64,000 nt of DNA, taken from assembly GCA_900318835.1 (NCBI GenBank), contig ONLW01000006.1, positions 12,327-76,326 on the forward strand, given 5' to 3'. This DNA is from an uncultured Bacteroidales bacterium. Lineage in GTDB: Bacteria; Bacteroidota; Bacteroidia; Bacteroidales; P3. This document shows, piece by piece, positions 1 to 8,833 of the stretch. The notes beneath the pieces were generated by a model. It saw nothing but the letters and a program-made list of their open reading frames with translations. It was not told the origin of the DNA and did not search any database. The translations under genes and the position numbers were made by a program. The first letter of the stretch is position 1. The number at the start of each line of letters is the position of its first letter.

Positions 1-1
1 G

Positions 2-1738
2 GGGTACGAGCCTGTTGCAGAAGCTATTATGAAAGGCCATTGGGACGATTGGAACGACGAGGCGTTGGCTGGAGCCCGCGACATCATCGCTGAGCGCATC
101 AGTGAGGACGCCGCCGTGCGCAACCGCGTCCGCAATGTCTTTCGCCGCCGTGCCATGCTCTCTTCCTCATTGGCTCGCGGCGTGGACGAGAACGACGAGA
201 AGGTGGGTAGGTTCGAGAGCTGGATCGACTGGAAAGAGCCCATTGGCCGCGCCCCTTCGCACCGCATTCTGGCTCTCTTCCGTGGCGAGGAGGTCGGCGT
301 GCTCAAGGTGCACGTGAAGCCCGAGAAAGACGACGAAAGCATCGGGGCCATGACCTCCCATACCCGTCCGCACGGCAAAGCCGGCGAACAATACGACCTT
401 GCTGTGGCAGACAGCTACAAGCGTCTCGTCATGCCGAGCATCGAGACAGAGTTCCGTAACATACTGAAGGAGAAGGCCGACCGCGAGGCTATACGCGTCT
501 TCGCCGAGAACCTGCGGCAACTGCTTCTGGCCGCTCCTATGGGACAGAAGCGCACCCTGGCCATCGACCCCGGCTTCCGCACCGGATGCAAGGTGGTGTG
601 TCTCGATGCCCAGGGGCAACTGCTTCATAATGAGACTATCTACCCCTTTACCTCGATGCGTGAGGAGCGTGCTGCTGTCAACAAACTAGAGGCGCTGGTC
701 GAGGCCTTCCAGATAGAGGCTATCGCCATTGGCAACGGCACCGCCGGCCGCGAGACCGAGGAGGTGGTGCAGCGCTGCCACTTCAACCGCAAGGTCATTG
801 CTGTCAGCGTCAGTGAGGCTGGCGCCAGCGTCTACAGCGCCAGCGACGTGGCCCGCCGCGAGTTCCCCGACTATGATGTCACTGTCCGTGGTGCCGTCAG
901 CATCGGTCGACGACTGATGGATCCCCTCAGCGAGTTGGTCAAAATAGACCCCAAGAGCATTGGCGTGGGTCAGTATCAGCACGATGTGGACCAGAAGATG
1001 CTCTCCGAGAGCCTGGGCGACACGGTGGTGAGTTGCGTCAACAGCGTGGGCGTGGAACTCAACACCGCCAGTCGCGAGCTGCTCTCCTATGTCAGCGGCA
1101 TCGGCCCCTCGTTGGCCGACAAGATTGTGGCGCACCGCAACAAGAACGGCGCCTTCCCCTCGCGTGAGGCGTTGCACGACGTGAAGGGTCTCGGCGACAA
1201 GGCTTTCGAACAGTGTGCCGGCTTCCTTCGCGTGCGCGAGAGTGCCAATCCGCTGGACAGGAGTGCCGTCCACCCCGAGCGCTACGCCCTGGTGGGGAAG
1301 ATGGCCGCCTCGGTGGGCTGTGATGTGGAGACATTGATGAAAGACAGGGAATTGCGATCAAAGATACGTCTGGAGGACTTTGTAACTCCTGAATGCGGTA
1401 TGCCCACCCTGCAGGACATCATGAAGGAGCTGGAGAAACCAGGACTGGACCCGCGCGCCAGATTCGAAGTCTTCGAGTTCGACAAGAACGTCACCCGCTT
1501 CGAGGATGTCAAGGAGGGCATGGTTATGCCCGGCATCGTCACCAATATCACCGCCTTCGGTGCCTTCGTTGATATCGGAGTACATCAGGACGGCCTCATC
1601 CATGTGAGCCAGATGGCTAATCGTCGAGTCAGCGACCCGGGCGAGGTGGTCCACCTCCACCAGCACCTCAAGGTCAAAGTCCTCGAAGTGGACCTCCGCC
1701 GCCATCGTATCAGTTTAACATTGAAGGGTGTCGAGTAG
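2..1738 (+). CDS. tex: Tex-like transcription accessory protein (YqgF-like, HhH and S1 domains); 5' end lies outside the window
   Basis: The frame is open from nt 2 with no stop before the listed Met at 29. YqgF/RNase-H-like block IDPGFRTGCKVV. C-terminal S1 domain GMVMPGIVTNITAFGAFVDIG...ISLTLK. Stop TAG at 1736-1738. Confidence 0.85.
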   Translation, partial: GYEPVAEAIMKGHWDDWNDEALAGARDIIAERISEDAAVRNRVRNVFRRRAMLSSSLARGVDENDEKVGRFESWIDWKEPIGRAPSHRILALFRGEEVGVLKVHVKPEKDDESIGAMTSHTRPHGKAGEQYDLAVADSYKRLVMPSIETEFRNILKEKADREAIRVFAENLRQLLLAAPMGQKRTLAIDPGFRTGCKVVCLDAQGQLLHNETIYPFTSMREERAAVNKLEALVEAFQIEAIAIGNGTAGRETEEVVQRCHFNRKVIAVSVSEAGASVYSASDVARREFPDYDVTVRGAVSIGRRLMDPLSELVKIDPKSIGVGQYQHDVDQKMLSESLGDTVVSCVNSVGVELNTASRELLSYVSGIGPSLADKIVAHRNKNGAFPSREALHDVKGLGDKAFEQCAGFLRVRESANPLDRSAVHPERYALVGKMAASVGCDVETLMKDRELRSKIRLEDFVTPECGMPTLQDIMKELEKPGLDPRARFEVFEFDKNVTRFEDVKEGMVMPGIVTNITAFGAFVDIGVHQDGLIHVSQMANRRVSDPGEVVHLHQHLKVKVLEVDLRRHRISLTLKGVE

Positions 1739-1756
1739 GGGGCAACCTCGCACAAA

Positions 1757-1817
1757 CTACCTACCAAACCCCTATCAACTCCTAACCAACTCCTACCATG
1801 GTAGGTGTTGATAGGTC
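1757..1817 (+). repeat. Intergenic 11-mer-array palindromic element, copy 1
   Basis: CTACCTACCAAACCCCTATCAACTCCTAACCAACTCCTACC-ATG-GTAGGTGTTGATAGGTC. About 4 units of the complement of GTARGGAGTTG face 1.5 units on the other side. Lies between convergent tex and sppA and is followed by a T-rich tail. Confidence 0.8.
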
Positions 1818-1898
1818 TTTCTTTAAGTTAAAATCCTTTGATTTAATGTTTATTAGGAAAGTTTGGCGCAGAATTCTAAATCTGTGCATGCATCGGAG

Positions 1899-3722
1899 TT
1901 ATTCGCCGACAAGGAGGAAAGGCAGGCGGGCCTGAAGGCCTTCGGCGGTGGAGATGTAGCGGAGGTTGTTCTCCATGCGCGAGATGGTTCTCATCGTTTT
2001 GCTGGCGGCTTTCCATTTATTAGCCAGGCGAATCTTTGCGAAGAGGTTCAGGTCCTCTTCGCTGCTGCCGTTGAAGAACTCGATGAGTTGAGTCCATGTA
2101 TCTTTTTCCTGGGGGAAGTCTTTAACGGTGTAGTCGGTAATGCCAGCTTTTTCAGCAGCGATACTCAAGGCAAGGTCGAGGCCGCCGAGGGTGTCGACGA
2201 GGCCTATCTTGATGGCATCGGCACCAGTCCACACACGTCCGCGGGCAATCTTGTGCACCTCGTCGTAGGTCATGTGACGACCCTCGGCGACGCGGCCCAC
2301 GAAGACTTTATAGAAATCCTCGACATTGCGGGTCATCATGGCCATGGCGGTGGGAGAGAGGGGGCGCAGGATGGTGAGTCCGTTGGCGTTGCGGTTGGTG
2401 GCGACGGTGTCGGTGTGCAGGCCGAGTTTCTGGTTGAGAAGTTTTTGCACGTTGGGGATGGTGCCGAAGACTCCGATGGAACCGGTAATGGTCATGGGTT
2501 GTGCTACGATGACGTCCGCCATGCAACTCATTTCGTAGCCTGCCGAGGCTGCGAGGTCGCCCATGGAGACGATGACAGGCTTCTTGGCCTTAGCGGCAAT
2601 GACGGCGTGGGTCATGCTTTCGCTGGCGGTGGCGGCACCGCCGGGCGAATTGATGCGTAGCACGATGGCCTTCACCTTTTCGTCGTTCATGGCCTCGCGG
2701 AGGGCTTTCACGATGTCGTCGCCGTAGACCCCTTCGTTGAATCCCTTGGCGCTGCCGTCCATCACGTTGCCTTCGGCATAAATGACGGCAATTTGATTGC
2801 TTGATTGCTTGATTGTTTGATTGCTTGTTTGGAAGTTCTCGGCGTAGTCTTCGATTGGCAGCAGGTGTTCGCCGCCGTAGTTTTCTTTCAGCATATTGCG
2901 GACATCCTCCTCGAAGCAGAGGGTGTCCACAAGATGGTGCGCGCAAGCGTCGTCGGCCAGATAGCCGCTCAGGTCGTCGGCAATCTTGTTGAGCTCGTCG
3001 GCCTCAATATGGCGGCTCTTGGCGATGGCTTTGGTGACGGAGCACCAAATACTTGAGATGTAAGCGCGTATCTGCTCGCGGTTGGCATCCGACATGTGGC
3101 TCAGTGAGTAGACTTCGCCGGCGCTCTTATATGCGCAACTTTCGGGACGGATGAGCTGCATCTCGATGCCCAGCTGGTCAAGCAGGTCTTTGTAATACAT
3201 AACCTCTCCGCCCATGCCTCGGAAGTCGAGCATGCCGCTGGGGTGTAGGCTGATGAGGTCGGCGGAGGTGGCGAGATAGTAGCCGTGCTGGGAATAGCTG
3301 GTAGCATAGCTTACCACGGGTTTGCCGCTCTGACGGAAGGCTTCGATGGCGTTGCGCAGCTCTTCCATTGAGGCCCACGAGATGGTGGCACCGTTACTTT
3401 CTTTAATCAGGATGCCTTTGATATTGTTGTCGGTGGCGGCTTCACGGATGGCATTGATAGCGGGGATAAGACCAACAGTCCTATCGCTATTGAAGGTTTG
3501 CATTAGACTGTTCGCAGCACGGTCTCCAGTGATATGGCTGAGGTCAATGGTGAGAAAACTGTTTGCTTCCACGGCAGTTACAGGTTTCCCGGAAAGTGAC
3601 GAAATCATGGCAAGCATCATGATAAACTTGACCAATGCGCCAATGACTGAAACGATGAGCACACCTAGCACACAGGCGAGCATGACTTTGCCAAAAGAGA
3701 GTTTCTTTTCCATAACTATCAA
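1899..3722 (-). CDS. sppA: Signal peptide peptidase SppA, 67K type (two tandem S49 halves)
   Basis: N-terminal TM segment, two ClpP/crotonase-like halves, and a GDLAASAGYEMSC Ser-nucleophile block. The listed start is TTG; an ATG (MEKKLSF) lies at 3711-3713. Confidence 0.9.
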   Translation of the reverse strand: MIVMEKKLSFGKVMLACVLGVLIVSVIGALVKFIMMLAMISSLSGKPVTAVEANSFLTIDLSHITGDRAANSLMQTFNSDRTVGLIPAINAIREAATDNNIKGILIKESNGATISWASMEELRNAIEAFRQSGKPVVSYATSYSQHGYYLATSADLISLHPSGMLDFRGMGGEVMYYKDLLDQLGIEMQLIRPESCAYKSAGEVYSLSHMSDANREQIRAYISSIWCSVTKAIAKSRHIEADELNKIADDLSGYLADDACAHHLVDTLCFEEDVRNMLKENYGGEHLLPIEDYAENFQTSNQTIKQSSNQIAVIYAEGNVMDGSAKGFNEGVYGDDIVKALREAMNDEKVKAIVLRINSPGGAATASESMTHAVIAAKAKKPVIVSMGDLAASAGYEMSCMADVIVAQPMTITGSIGVFGTIPNVQKLLNQKLGLHTDTVATNRNANGLTILRPLSPTAMAMMTRNVEDFYKVFVGRVAEGRHMTYDEVHKIARGRVWTGADAIKIGLVDTLGGLDLALSIAAEKAGITDYTVKDFPQEKDTWTQLIEFFNGSSEEDLNLFAKIRLANKWKAASKTMRTISRMENNLRYISTAEGLQARLPFLLVGE

Positions 3723-3731
3723 TGTAAATAG

Positions 3732-3763
3732 AATTGCGGCGAGCCGTTAGGCTCGCCGCAATT
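3732..3763 (-). terminator. Perfect 14-bp stem-loop directly after the fba stop and 10 nt before sppA
   Basis: AATTGCGGCGAGCC-gtta-GGCTCGCCGCAATT. Only a weak U-tail on the minus strand, so it may be a partial terminator or an RNA processing/stability element. Confidence 0.6.
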
Positions 3764-3766
3764 GTT

Positions 3767-4765
3767 TTAAAGCTTGTCGTTGCTTCCCAGCACATTCACA
3801 ATCTTGTGGATGTACATTTTCTTCATGCTCTCGCGGGCAGGTTTGAGGTACTGGCGGGGGTCGAAGTGGTCGGGGTGCTCGGCCATGTGCTTGCGGATGG
3901 CGGCGGTCATGGCGAGGCGGCTGTCGCTGTCGATGTTAATCTTGCAGACGGCGCTCTTGGCGGCCTTGCGGAGCTGCTCCTCGGGGATGCCCACGGCGGC
4001 CTTCAGGGCGCCACCGTTGGCGTTGATGGTGTCCACCTCGTCCTGGGGCACCGAGCTGGAGCCGTGGAGGACGATGGGGAAGCCGGGGAGTTTCTTCTCG
4101 ACGGCCTCGAGGACGTCGAAGGCCAGGGGAGGAGGCAGCAGGCGGCCGGTCTGGGGGTCGACGGTGCACTGTTCGGGTTTGAACTTGTAGGCGCCATGGG
4201 AGGTGCCGATGGAGATGGCCAGGGAGTCGCAGCCCGTGCGGGTGGCGAAGTCGATGACCTCTTCGGGCTTGGTGTAGTGGGAGACCTCGGAGGCTACCTC
4301 ATCCTCGACGCCGGCCAGCACTCCGAGCTCGCACTCGACGGTGACGTCATACTTGTGGGCATATTCCACCACCTGACGGGAAATCTTGATATTCTCCTCA
4401 TAGGGCAGGGCGCTGCCGTCGTACATGACGCTGGAGAAGCCCATGTCGATGCAGCTCTTGCAGGTCTCGAAGCTGTCGCCGTGGTCGAGGTGGAGGACGA
4501 TCTGGGGGTTGGGGCAACCGAGCTCCTTGGCATACTCGACGGCACCCTCGGCCATGTAGCGCAGGAGGGTGGGGTTGGCATAGTCGCGGGCACCCTTGCT
4601 GACCTGCAGGATGACGGGACTCTTGGTCTCGACGGTGGCCTGGATGATGGCCTGCATCTGCTCCATATTGTTGAAGTTGAAGGCGGGGATTGCATAGCCG
4701 CCGTTGACTGCTTTCTTGAACATCTCGCGGGTATTCACGAGACCGATTTTCTTGTAATCTACCAT
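3767..4765 (-). CDS. fba: Class II fructose-1,6-bisphosphate aldolase
   Basis: Motifs AIPAFNFNN, LHLDHGDS and GTSHGAYKF. Start moved to ATG 4763-4765 (MVDYKK) because the listed TTG start at 4805-4807 lies inside the -7 promoter box. Confidence 0.9.
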   Translation of the reverse strand: MVDYKKIGLVNTREMFKKAVNGGYAIPAFNFNNMEQMQAIIQATVETKSPVILQVSKGARDYANPTLLRYMAEGAVEYAKELGCPNPQIVLHLDHGDSFETCKSCIDMGFSSVMYDGSALPYEENIKISRQVVEYAHKYDVTVECELGVLAGVEDEVASEVSHYTKPEEVIDFATRTGCDSLAISIGTSHGAYKFKPEQCTVDPQTGRLLPPPLAFDVLEAVEKKLPGFPIVLHGSSSVPQDEVDTINANGGALKAAVGIPEEQLRKAAKSAVCKINIDSDSRLAMTAAIRKHMAEHPDHFDPRQYLKPARESMKKMYIHKIVNVLGSNDKL

Positions 4766-4804
4766 ATTGTTAGTGTTTATGTTTTTTTTATTGTTTTGAA
4801 TTTG

Positions 4805-4812
4805 CAAAAATA
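4805..4812 (-). promoter_or_regulatory. Bacteroidetes sigma-A -7 box (TAttTTTG) for fba
   Basis: The minus strand reads AAATTTGG-N19-TATTTTTG, i.e. TTTG -33 element, 19-nt spacer, TAnnTTTG. Confidence 0.7.
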
Positions 4813-4882
4813 CAAATTATATTTCAAACGACCAAATTTATTTTCTTCGAAGGATATTTTGGTAGATTCCGTTTATGATAGG

Positions 4883-6820
4883 TTAGTGCTTGAAACACTG
4901 TTCGACGTCGAGAGAGAGTCCCATCGACAGGGTTCGTCCGATGGTGGCGGGCGAATTGTTGTAATAGTAGTCGGGGCGGTAGTCGAAAAGGTTATCCACG
5001 GTAGCCGTGAGTGACAATCCGCAGTCGAAGTGGTGGCCAAGCGTGAATCGCCAAAGGGTGTAGCCGGGGTAGGTGATTTCTTCAGTCTGTGTGAGGTCGC
5101 TGTATGTGGCGTATTCGTCGCAGGTGACGGTCGAGAGAATTCTTCCGTTGAGTGCCAAAGTGGAGCGCCCCCAGCGCCAGTGGCGGGAGTAGTCGATGCG
5201 CAATGTGGCGCTATGAGGGCGGGTGGAGGATGCTCGCATGCCGCCCTCATAGAGGCTTTCATGGGTGAAGATATAGGATACCCGTATACCGAGGCCGTAG
5301 TCCCATCGGGCCGAGGCGGAAAGGTCGAGACCTGTTATTCTGACAGGGCTCATATTGGAATAGATCATGCCGTTCTTCTCCTGGCTCCAGAATGTTGTGA
5401 TGCGGTTTTTGACATGATTGTGGAATGCCATGAGGGTGAAATTGTAGTGGCTGTGACTCCACTCGACAGAGGCGTTGAGGTTGTCGCTCACTTCAGAATG
5501 CAGGTCAGGGGTCCCGTAAATAATGAAGATGTTGGCCATGTCGAAATTCATGTACATCTCTTTGAGTGTGGGAGCGCGAAAGCCATTGGCATAGCTGGCG
5601 CGAAGATTCATCTTGGAGAATTTGTACATGAGGTTGATTTTGGGTGAAAGATGTGATATTGAAGCCTCTGAGTAATAGTCGTAGCGCATTGCGGCGACGA
5701 TGTTGAGGCGTGCGGTGGGTTGCCAGTCCCATTGGGCGAATGCGTTGGTGGTATATTGTGTGTGACTGCCGTCGGAGAATTGGTACGACATGAGGTGGTC
5801 GCGCAGGAAGTCACCGCCGAATGCGAGTGTGCCGAGGATAGATGATGAGTCTGAGGAAGACCAGAAAGCGTGGTTGAAGAGAGTGCGGAGTGTGTGTTGG
5901 ACGTTGCTGTAGTTGCGCACGTCAAGATGTGAAGATGCGGTGTAGTTGCTTTTGTCGTATTGGTCAAAAGCGTAGGATATCATCATGTCGGTTTTATTCC
6001 CGAGGTCGAGGTCTCCCTTAATACCGGCGGAGAAATCACGGTAGCGGTCGTTGACATTGGGGTCTCTCTCTCGTTGACGGAAGAAATATCCAGCCCTGCC
6101 GGTGAATGCGAGTCTGTCGGATGCTTTGAAGAGAAGTCGCTCTTTGGCATTGAATGAGTGGTTGGCGAATATGGTGCGCAAGTCACCGGTATCGGCCAGA
6201 TGGACGGCATTGGCGTGATTGTATTGTAGGTTGGTGAGACTGTTCCAACGTCTGCGGACGATTCCGAAGGTGCCGTTATAGTGCTTCTCGCCGAGCGATG
6301 AGGCGTGTGCGCCAAGGTTGAGGCTCCAGGGCTTATCGGGAGTGTGTGTAATGATGTTGACAACACCTCCCACAGCATTGGATCCATATAGGGATGAGGC
6401 TGCCCCTTTGATTATTTCGATACGTTGCACCGCGTCGAGATTGAGGCGTGAGTAGTCGATGTTGTCGAGAGTCTCTCCTGCAAGACGTTCGCCGTCGACG
6501 AGGAATAGAACTGAGTTGCCCCCGAATCCTTGCATGTTGAGGCTGACCTGCTGGTTCATGGAGAAAGAGAACTCGATGCCCGGCAGTTCGGTTTGGAGGA
6601 GTTCTTGAATGGAAGAAACATCTGCAATTTTGATATCCTGCTCGGTAATGACCCGTGTGACCACAGGTACCTCCATGATGAGTTTTGGCGTGCGAGTTGC
6701 GGTGATGACTACCGTGTTGAGCAGTCGCGAATCAACTTGGGTAGAGTCTACCGTAGGCTTTTGTGCCAGAATGGTGAAGGCGGAAAGGATGGTCAATAAA
6801 ACCAGCAGAGAACGTTTCAT
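4883..6820 (-). CDS. TonB-dependent receptor, HmuR-like by operon context
   Basis: Signal peptide, plug domain (VVITATRTP, LVDGERL), GFRAPTLKEMY box, C-terminal beta-barrel ending in an aromatic residue. Its start lies 2 nt after the hmuY-like stop. Confidence 0.8.
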   Translation of the reverse strand: MKRSLLVLLTILSAFTILAQKPTVDSTQVDSRLLNTVVITATRTPKLIMEVPVVTRVITEQDIKIADVSSIQELLQTELPGIEFSFSMNQQVSLNMQGFGGNSVLFLVDGERLAGETLDNIDYSRLNLDAVQRIEIIKGAASSLYGSNAVGGVVNIITHTPDKPWSLNLGAHASSLGEKHYNGTFGIVRRRWNSLTNLQYNHANAVHLADTGDLRTIFANHSFNAKERLLFKASDRLAFTGRAGYFFRQRERDPNVNDRYRDFSAGIKGDLDLGNKTDMMISYAFDQYDKSNYTASSHLDVRNYSNVQHTLRTLFNHAFWSSSDSSSILGTLAFGGDFLRDHLMSYQFSDGSHTQYTTNAFAQWDWQPTARLNIVAAMRYDYYSEASISHLSPKINLMYKFSKMNLRASYANGFRAPTLKEMYMNFDMANIFIIYGTPDLHSEVSDNLNASVEWSHSHYNFTLMAFHNHVKNRITTFWSQEKNGMIYSNMSPVRITGLDLSASARWDYGLGIRVSYIFTHESLYEGGMRASSTRPHSATLRIDYSRHWRWGRSTLALNGRILSTVTCDEYATYSDLTQTEEITYPGYTLWRFTLGHHFDCGLSLTATVDNLFDYRPDYYYNNSPATIGRTLSMGLSLDVEQCFKH

Positions 6821-6822
6821 TT

Positions 6823-7446
6823 CTAGTCGTTGATGATCCTGTAGCGCAGGGAGATAATGCCTTTGGTGAAGGCCTCGTCCATGTAGGCGGTGAACTGCAG
6901 CGCTACAAGTGTGCCGTCGGAGAGGCGGAGGAGATAGACTTTATTGGATGGTGTGTAGATGGGTGGCATGGTGGACAGGTCGACGTCGAGCCAACGGGAG
7001 AGTACCGGATTGACTGGCGAAGGCGTGTATCCCAGATAACCTTCCATCATGGTCGACATGTCGATTACCACTTGGCTATCGGCATCAGCGATGTAGTTCA
7101 GTCCCTCGAGATCTATGGCCATGTTGACGTTGTCGAATGGACTTTCGGCAGCGATGCCGTTGTGGGTCTTCACATCGTAGTGGTGGATGGCGAAGTCCCA
7201 CTCGGCTGGTGCGGCCTGCCCAAGGGTGATGTTGGCGGTGTCGATGTGTCGGTGATGGAGATCGATGTAGGTCCATCGAGTGTAGCTGGTGGCATCAATG
7301 CGGAGGATGCCTCCGCGGCCGTCGTCGTCGCGTTGTACAAAACCAAAAGGATTTTTGGCGGGCTCGTCATAGAGCCCGCCAAAAAGTCCGTCGCATGAAA
7401 CCAATGCCAGCAATGCTGGAAGTAGTATTAACTGCTTCAGTTTCAT
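6823..7446 (-). CDS. hmuY: HmuY-family hemophore-like lipoprotein
   Basis: Lipobox LVSC. Blocks align by eye to P. gingivalis HmuY: IDATSYTRWTYIDL, WDFAIHHYDVKTHNG, KVYLLRLSDGTLVALQFTAYMDEAFTKGIISLRY. Confidence 0.75.
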   Translation of the reverse strand: MKLKQLILLPALLALVSCDGLFGGLYDEPAKNPFGFVQRDDDGRGGILRIDATSYTRWTYIDLHHRHIDTANITLGQAAPAEWDFAIHHYDVKTHNGIAAESPFDNVNMAIDLEGLNYIADADSQVVIDMSTMMEGYLGYTPSPVNPVLSRWLDVDLSTMPPIYTPSNKVYLLRLSDGTLVALQFTAYMDEAFTKGIISLRYRIIND

Positions 7447-7460
7447 GAGTGAGGTGGTGA

Positions 7461-7910
7461 TTATTTGCTTGAGAAACTGAGCTCAACGGACATCGGCATG
7501 GCACCGGGTGTGACAGGGCAGGTGAAGTTGAGTTTGCCGTCATTGATAGTACCGTCGATGGAGCCTTTATAAGGAACCTCATTCACGGTAATGGTGAATT
7601 GGTCTTTCTTGAGGGTGTAAGTGTTGCCGCTTTTGTCGACATTGACATTGGTGATTGCGAGTTCGGGCATGGCCATGTGTCCTTCGCCGAAAGCGGGAAT
7701 GGTCATGGTGACCTGGTCGTCGGATGATGACTGGACGTTTACCTCGAGATCGAAAGAGCCATAAGAGGTACCGGAAACGGACATGACAAGGCTGCCGTCA
7801 TAGTTTCCGACGACCTCCTTTGCATACTCTTTGTTTTCTTTACTGCAGGAAATAGTGGCAAGGGTGAGAACTGAAAGCACCGCAGTTAACAGAAATTTGC
7901 TTGTTTTCAT
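7461..7910 (-). CDS. Small lipoprotein, calycin/lipocalin-like; first gene of the hmuY operon
   Basis: Lipobox TISC. 149 aa rich in beta-strand-like sequence. Family assignment is from memory of calycin-like proteins found next to hmuY in Bacteroidales. Confidence 0.5.
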   Translation of the reverse strand: MKTSKFLLTAVLSVLTLATISCSKENKEYAKEVVGNYDGSLVMSVSGTSYGSFDLEVNVQSSSDDQVTMTIPAFGEGHMAMPELAITNVNVDKSGNTYTLKKDQFTITVNEVPYKGSIDGTINDGKLNFTCPVTPGAMPMSVELSFSSK

Positions 7911-7982
7911 TGTGATTTTTTTTTGTTTTTTTGTTTGATATTAAGTTGTTTAACAATAAGTCTTGAATAGTTAATTTTGTGA

Positions 7983-7990
7983 CAAAAATA
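7983..7990 (-). promoter_or_regulatory. -7 box (TAttTTTG) for the calycin-hmuY-receptor operon
   Basis: The minus strand reads GTATTTTTGTCAC, about 73 nt upstream of the ATG at 7910. Confidence 0.55.
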
Positions 7991-8059
7991 CAAAAAAATA
8001 ATAAAATATCGATAGCTAAAAATGGTGATTTCACCCTTTGTGGAAGAAGATGGCATCCT

Positions 8060-8833
8060 TTACTTGGAGAAGATACCGAAGACGGCGGCACCGCTGCCGG
8101 TCATCGAGGCGTAGAGGGCGCCCCTGCGGTACATGTCCTTCTTGAGGGTGGCGATGGTGGGGTGGGTGGGGAAGACCGAGGTCTCGAAGTCGTTGACGAT
8201 GAGGTTGCGCCACTCTTCAATAGGCCGTCTTACTACTTCTCGCAGGTCGGGCCGCCGGGTGCCGAAGAGATCGCGTTTGAGTCCTGAATATGCCTCTTTA
8301 GTGCTTACATGCTCTCCATCCGGGATCTCAATCAAGATACGGTAACTGCTCATATCCAACTCGATGGAATCCAAAACGTCTCCGATACCGGAGGCGTAGG
8401 CGGTTTTGTTGCGGATGAAGAAGGCGCAGTCGGCACCCAACTGAGCGGCACGGCGTTCCAAGTCGCAGTCAGTCAGTTTTAAAGAGAATATCTGGTTGAG
8501 CATTTTCAGTGTGAAGGCGGCGTCGCTGCTGCCGCCACCGAGTCCGGCACCGAAAGGAATGTTTTTTTTCAACCGAATGTTTACCGGTGGGATGTTGAAC
8601 TCGTCGTGTAGCAGTCGCCAGGCTCGGATGCAGAGGTTGTCCTCGGGGGCGTTGTCGAGCACGATGCCCTCTTGTGTCATCTGCAATGAGTCGCCAGGTT
8701 CGATGATGAGGGTATCCGTTAAATCCATCACTGGCAGGAAGATGGTCTCCAAGTCGTGGTAGCCGTCCGGGCGTTTGCCGACAACATGCAGGCCGAGGTT
8801 AATCTTGCAGTTTGGGTACGTTGTCATAGGCAC
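8060..8833 (-). CDS. ispE: 4-diphosphocytidyl-2-C-methyl-D-erythritol kinase
   Basis: KINLGLHV N-terminus and GHMP kinase motif PFGAGLGGGSSDAA. Overlaps the 3' end of phoH. Confidence 0.85.
   Translation of the reverse strand: MPMTTYPNCKINLGLHVVGKRPDGYHDLETIFLPVMDLTDTLIIEPGDSLQMTQEGIVLDNAPEDNLCIRAWRLLHDEFNIPPVNIRLKKNIPFGAGLGGGSSDAAFTLKMLNQIFSLKLTDCDLERRAAQLGADCAFFIRNKTAYASGIGDVLDSIELDMSSYRILIEIPDGEHVSTKEAYSGLKRDLFGTRRPDLREVVRRPIEEWRNLIVNDFETSVFPTHPTIATLKKDMYRRGALYASMTGSGAAVFGIFSK

Noticed and set aside
1863-2660. A 265-aa plus-strand ORF
   Set aside because: It is antisense to sppA, has a TTG start and no motifs.
3734-5014. A 426-aa plus-strand ORF
   Set aside because: It is antisense to fba, runs through the fba promoter and begins inside the fba terminator hairpin. 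Its Gly/Ala/Val/Asp-rich composition is typical of a GC-rich antisense frame.
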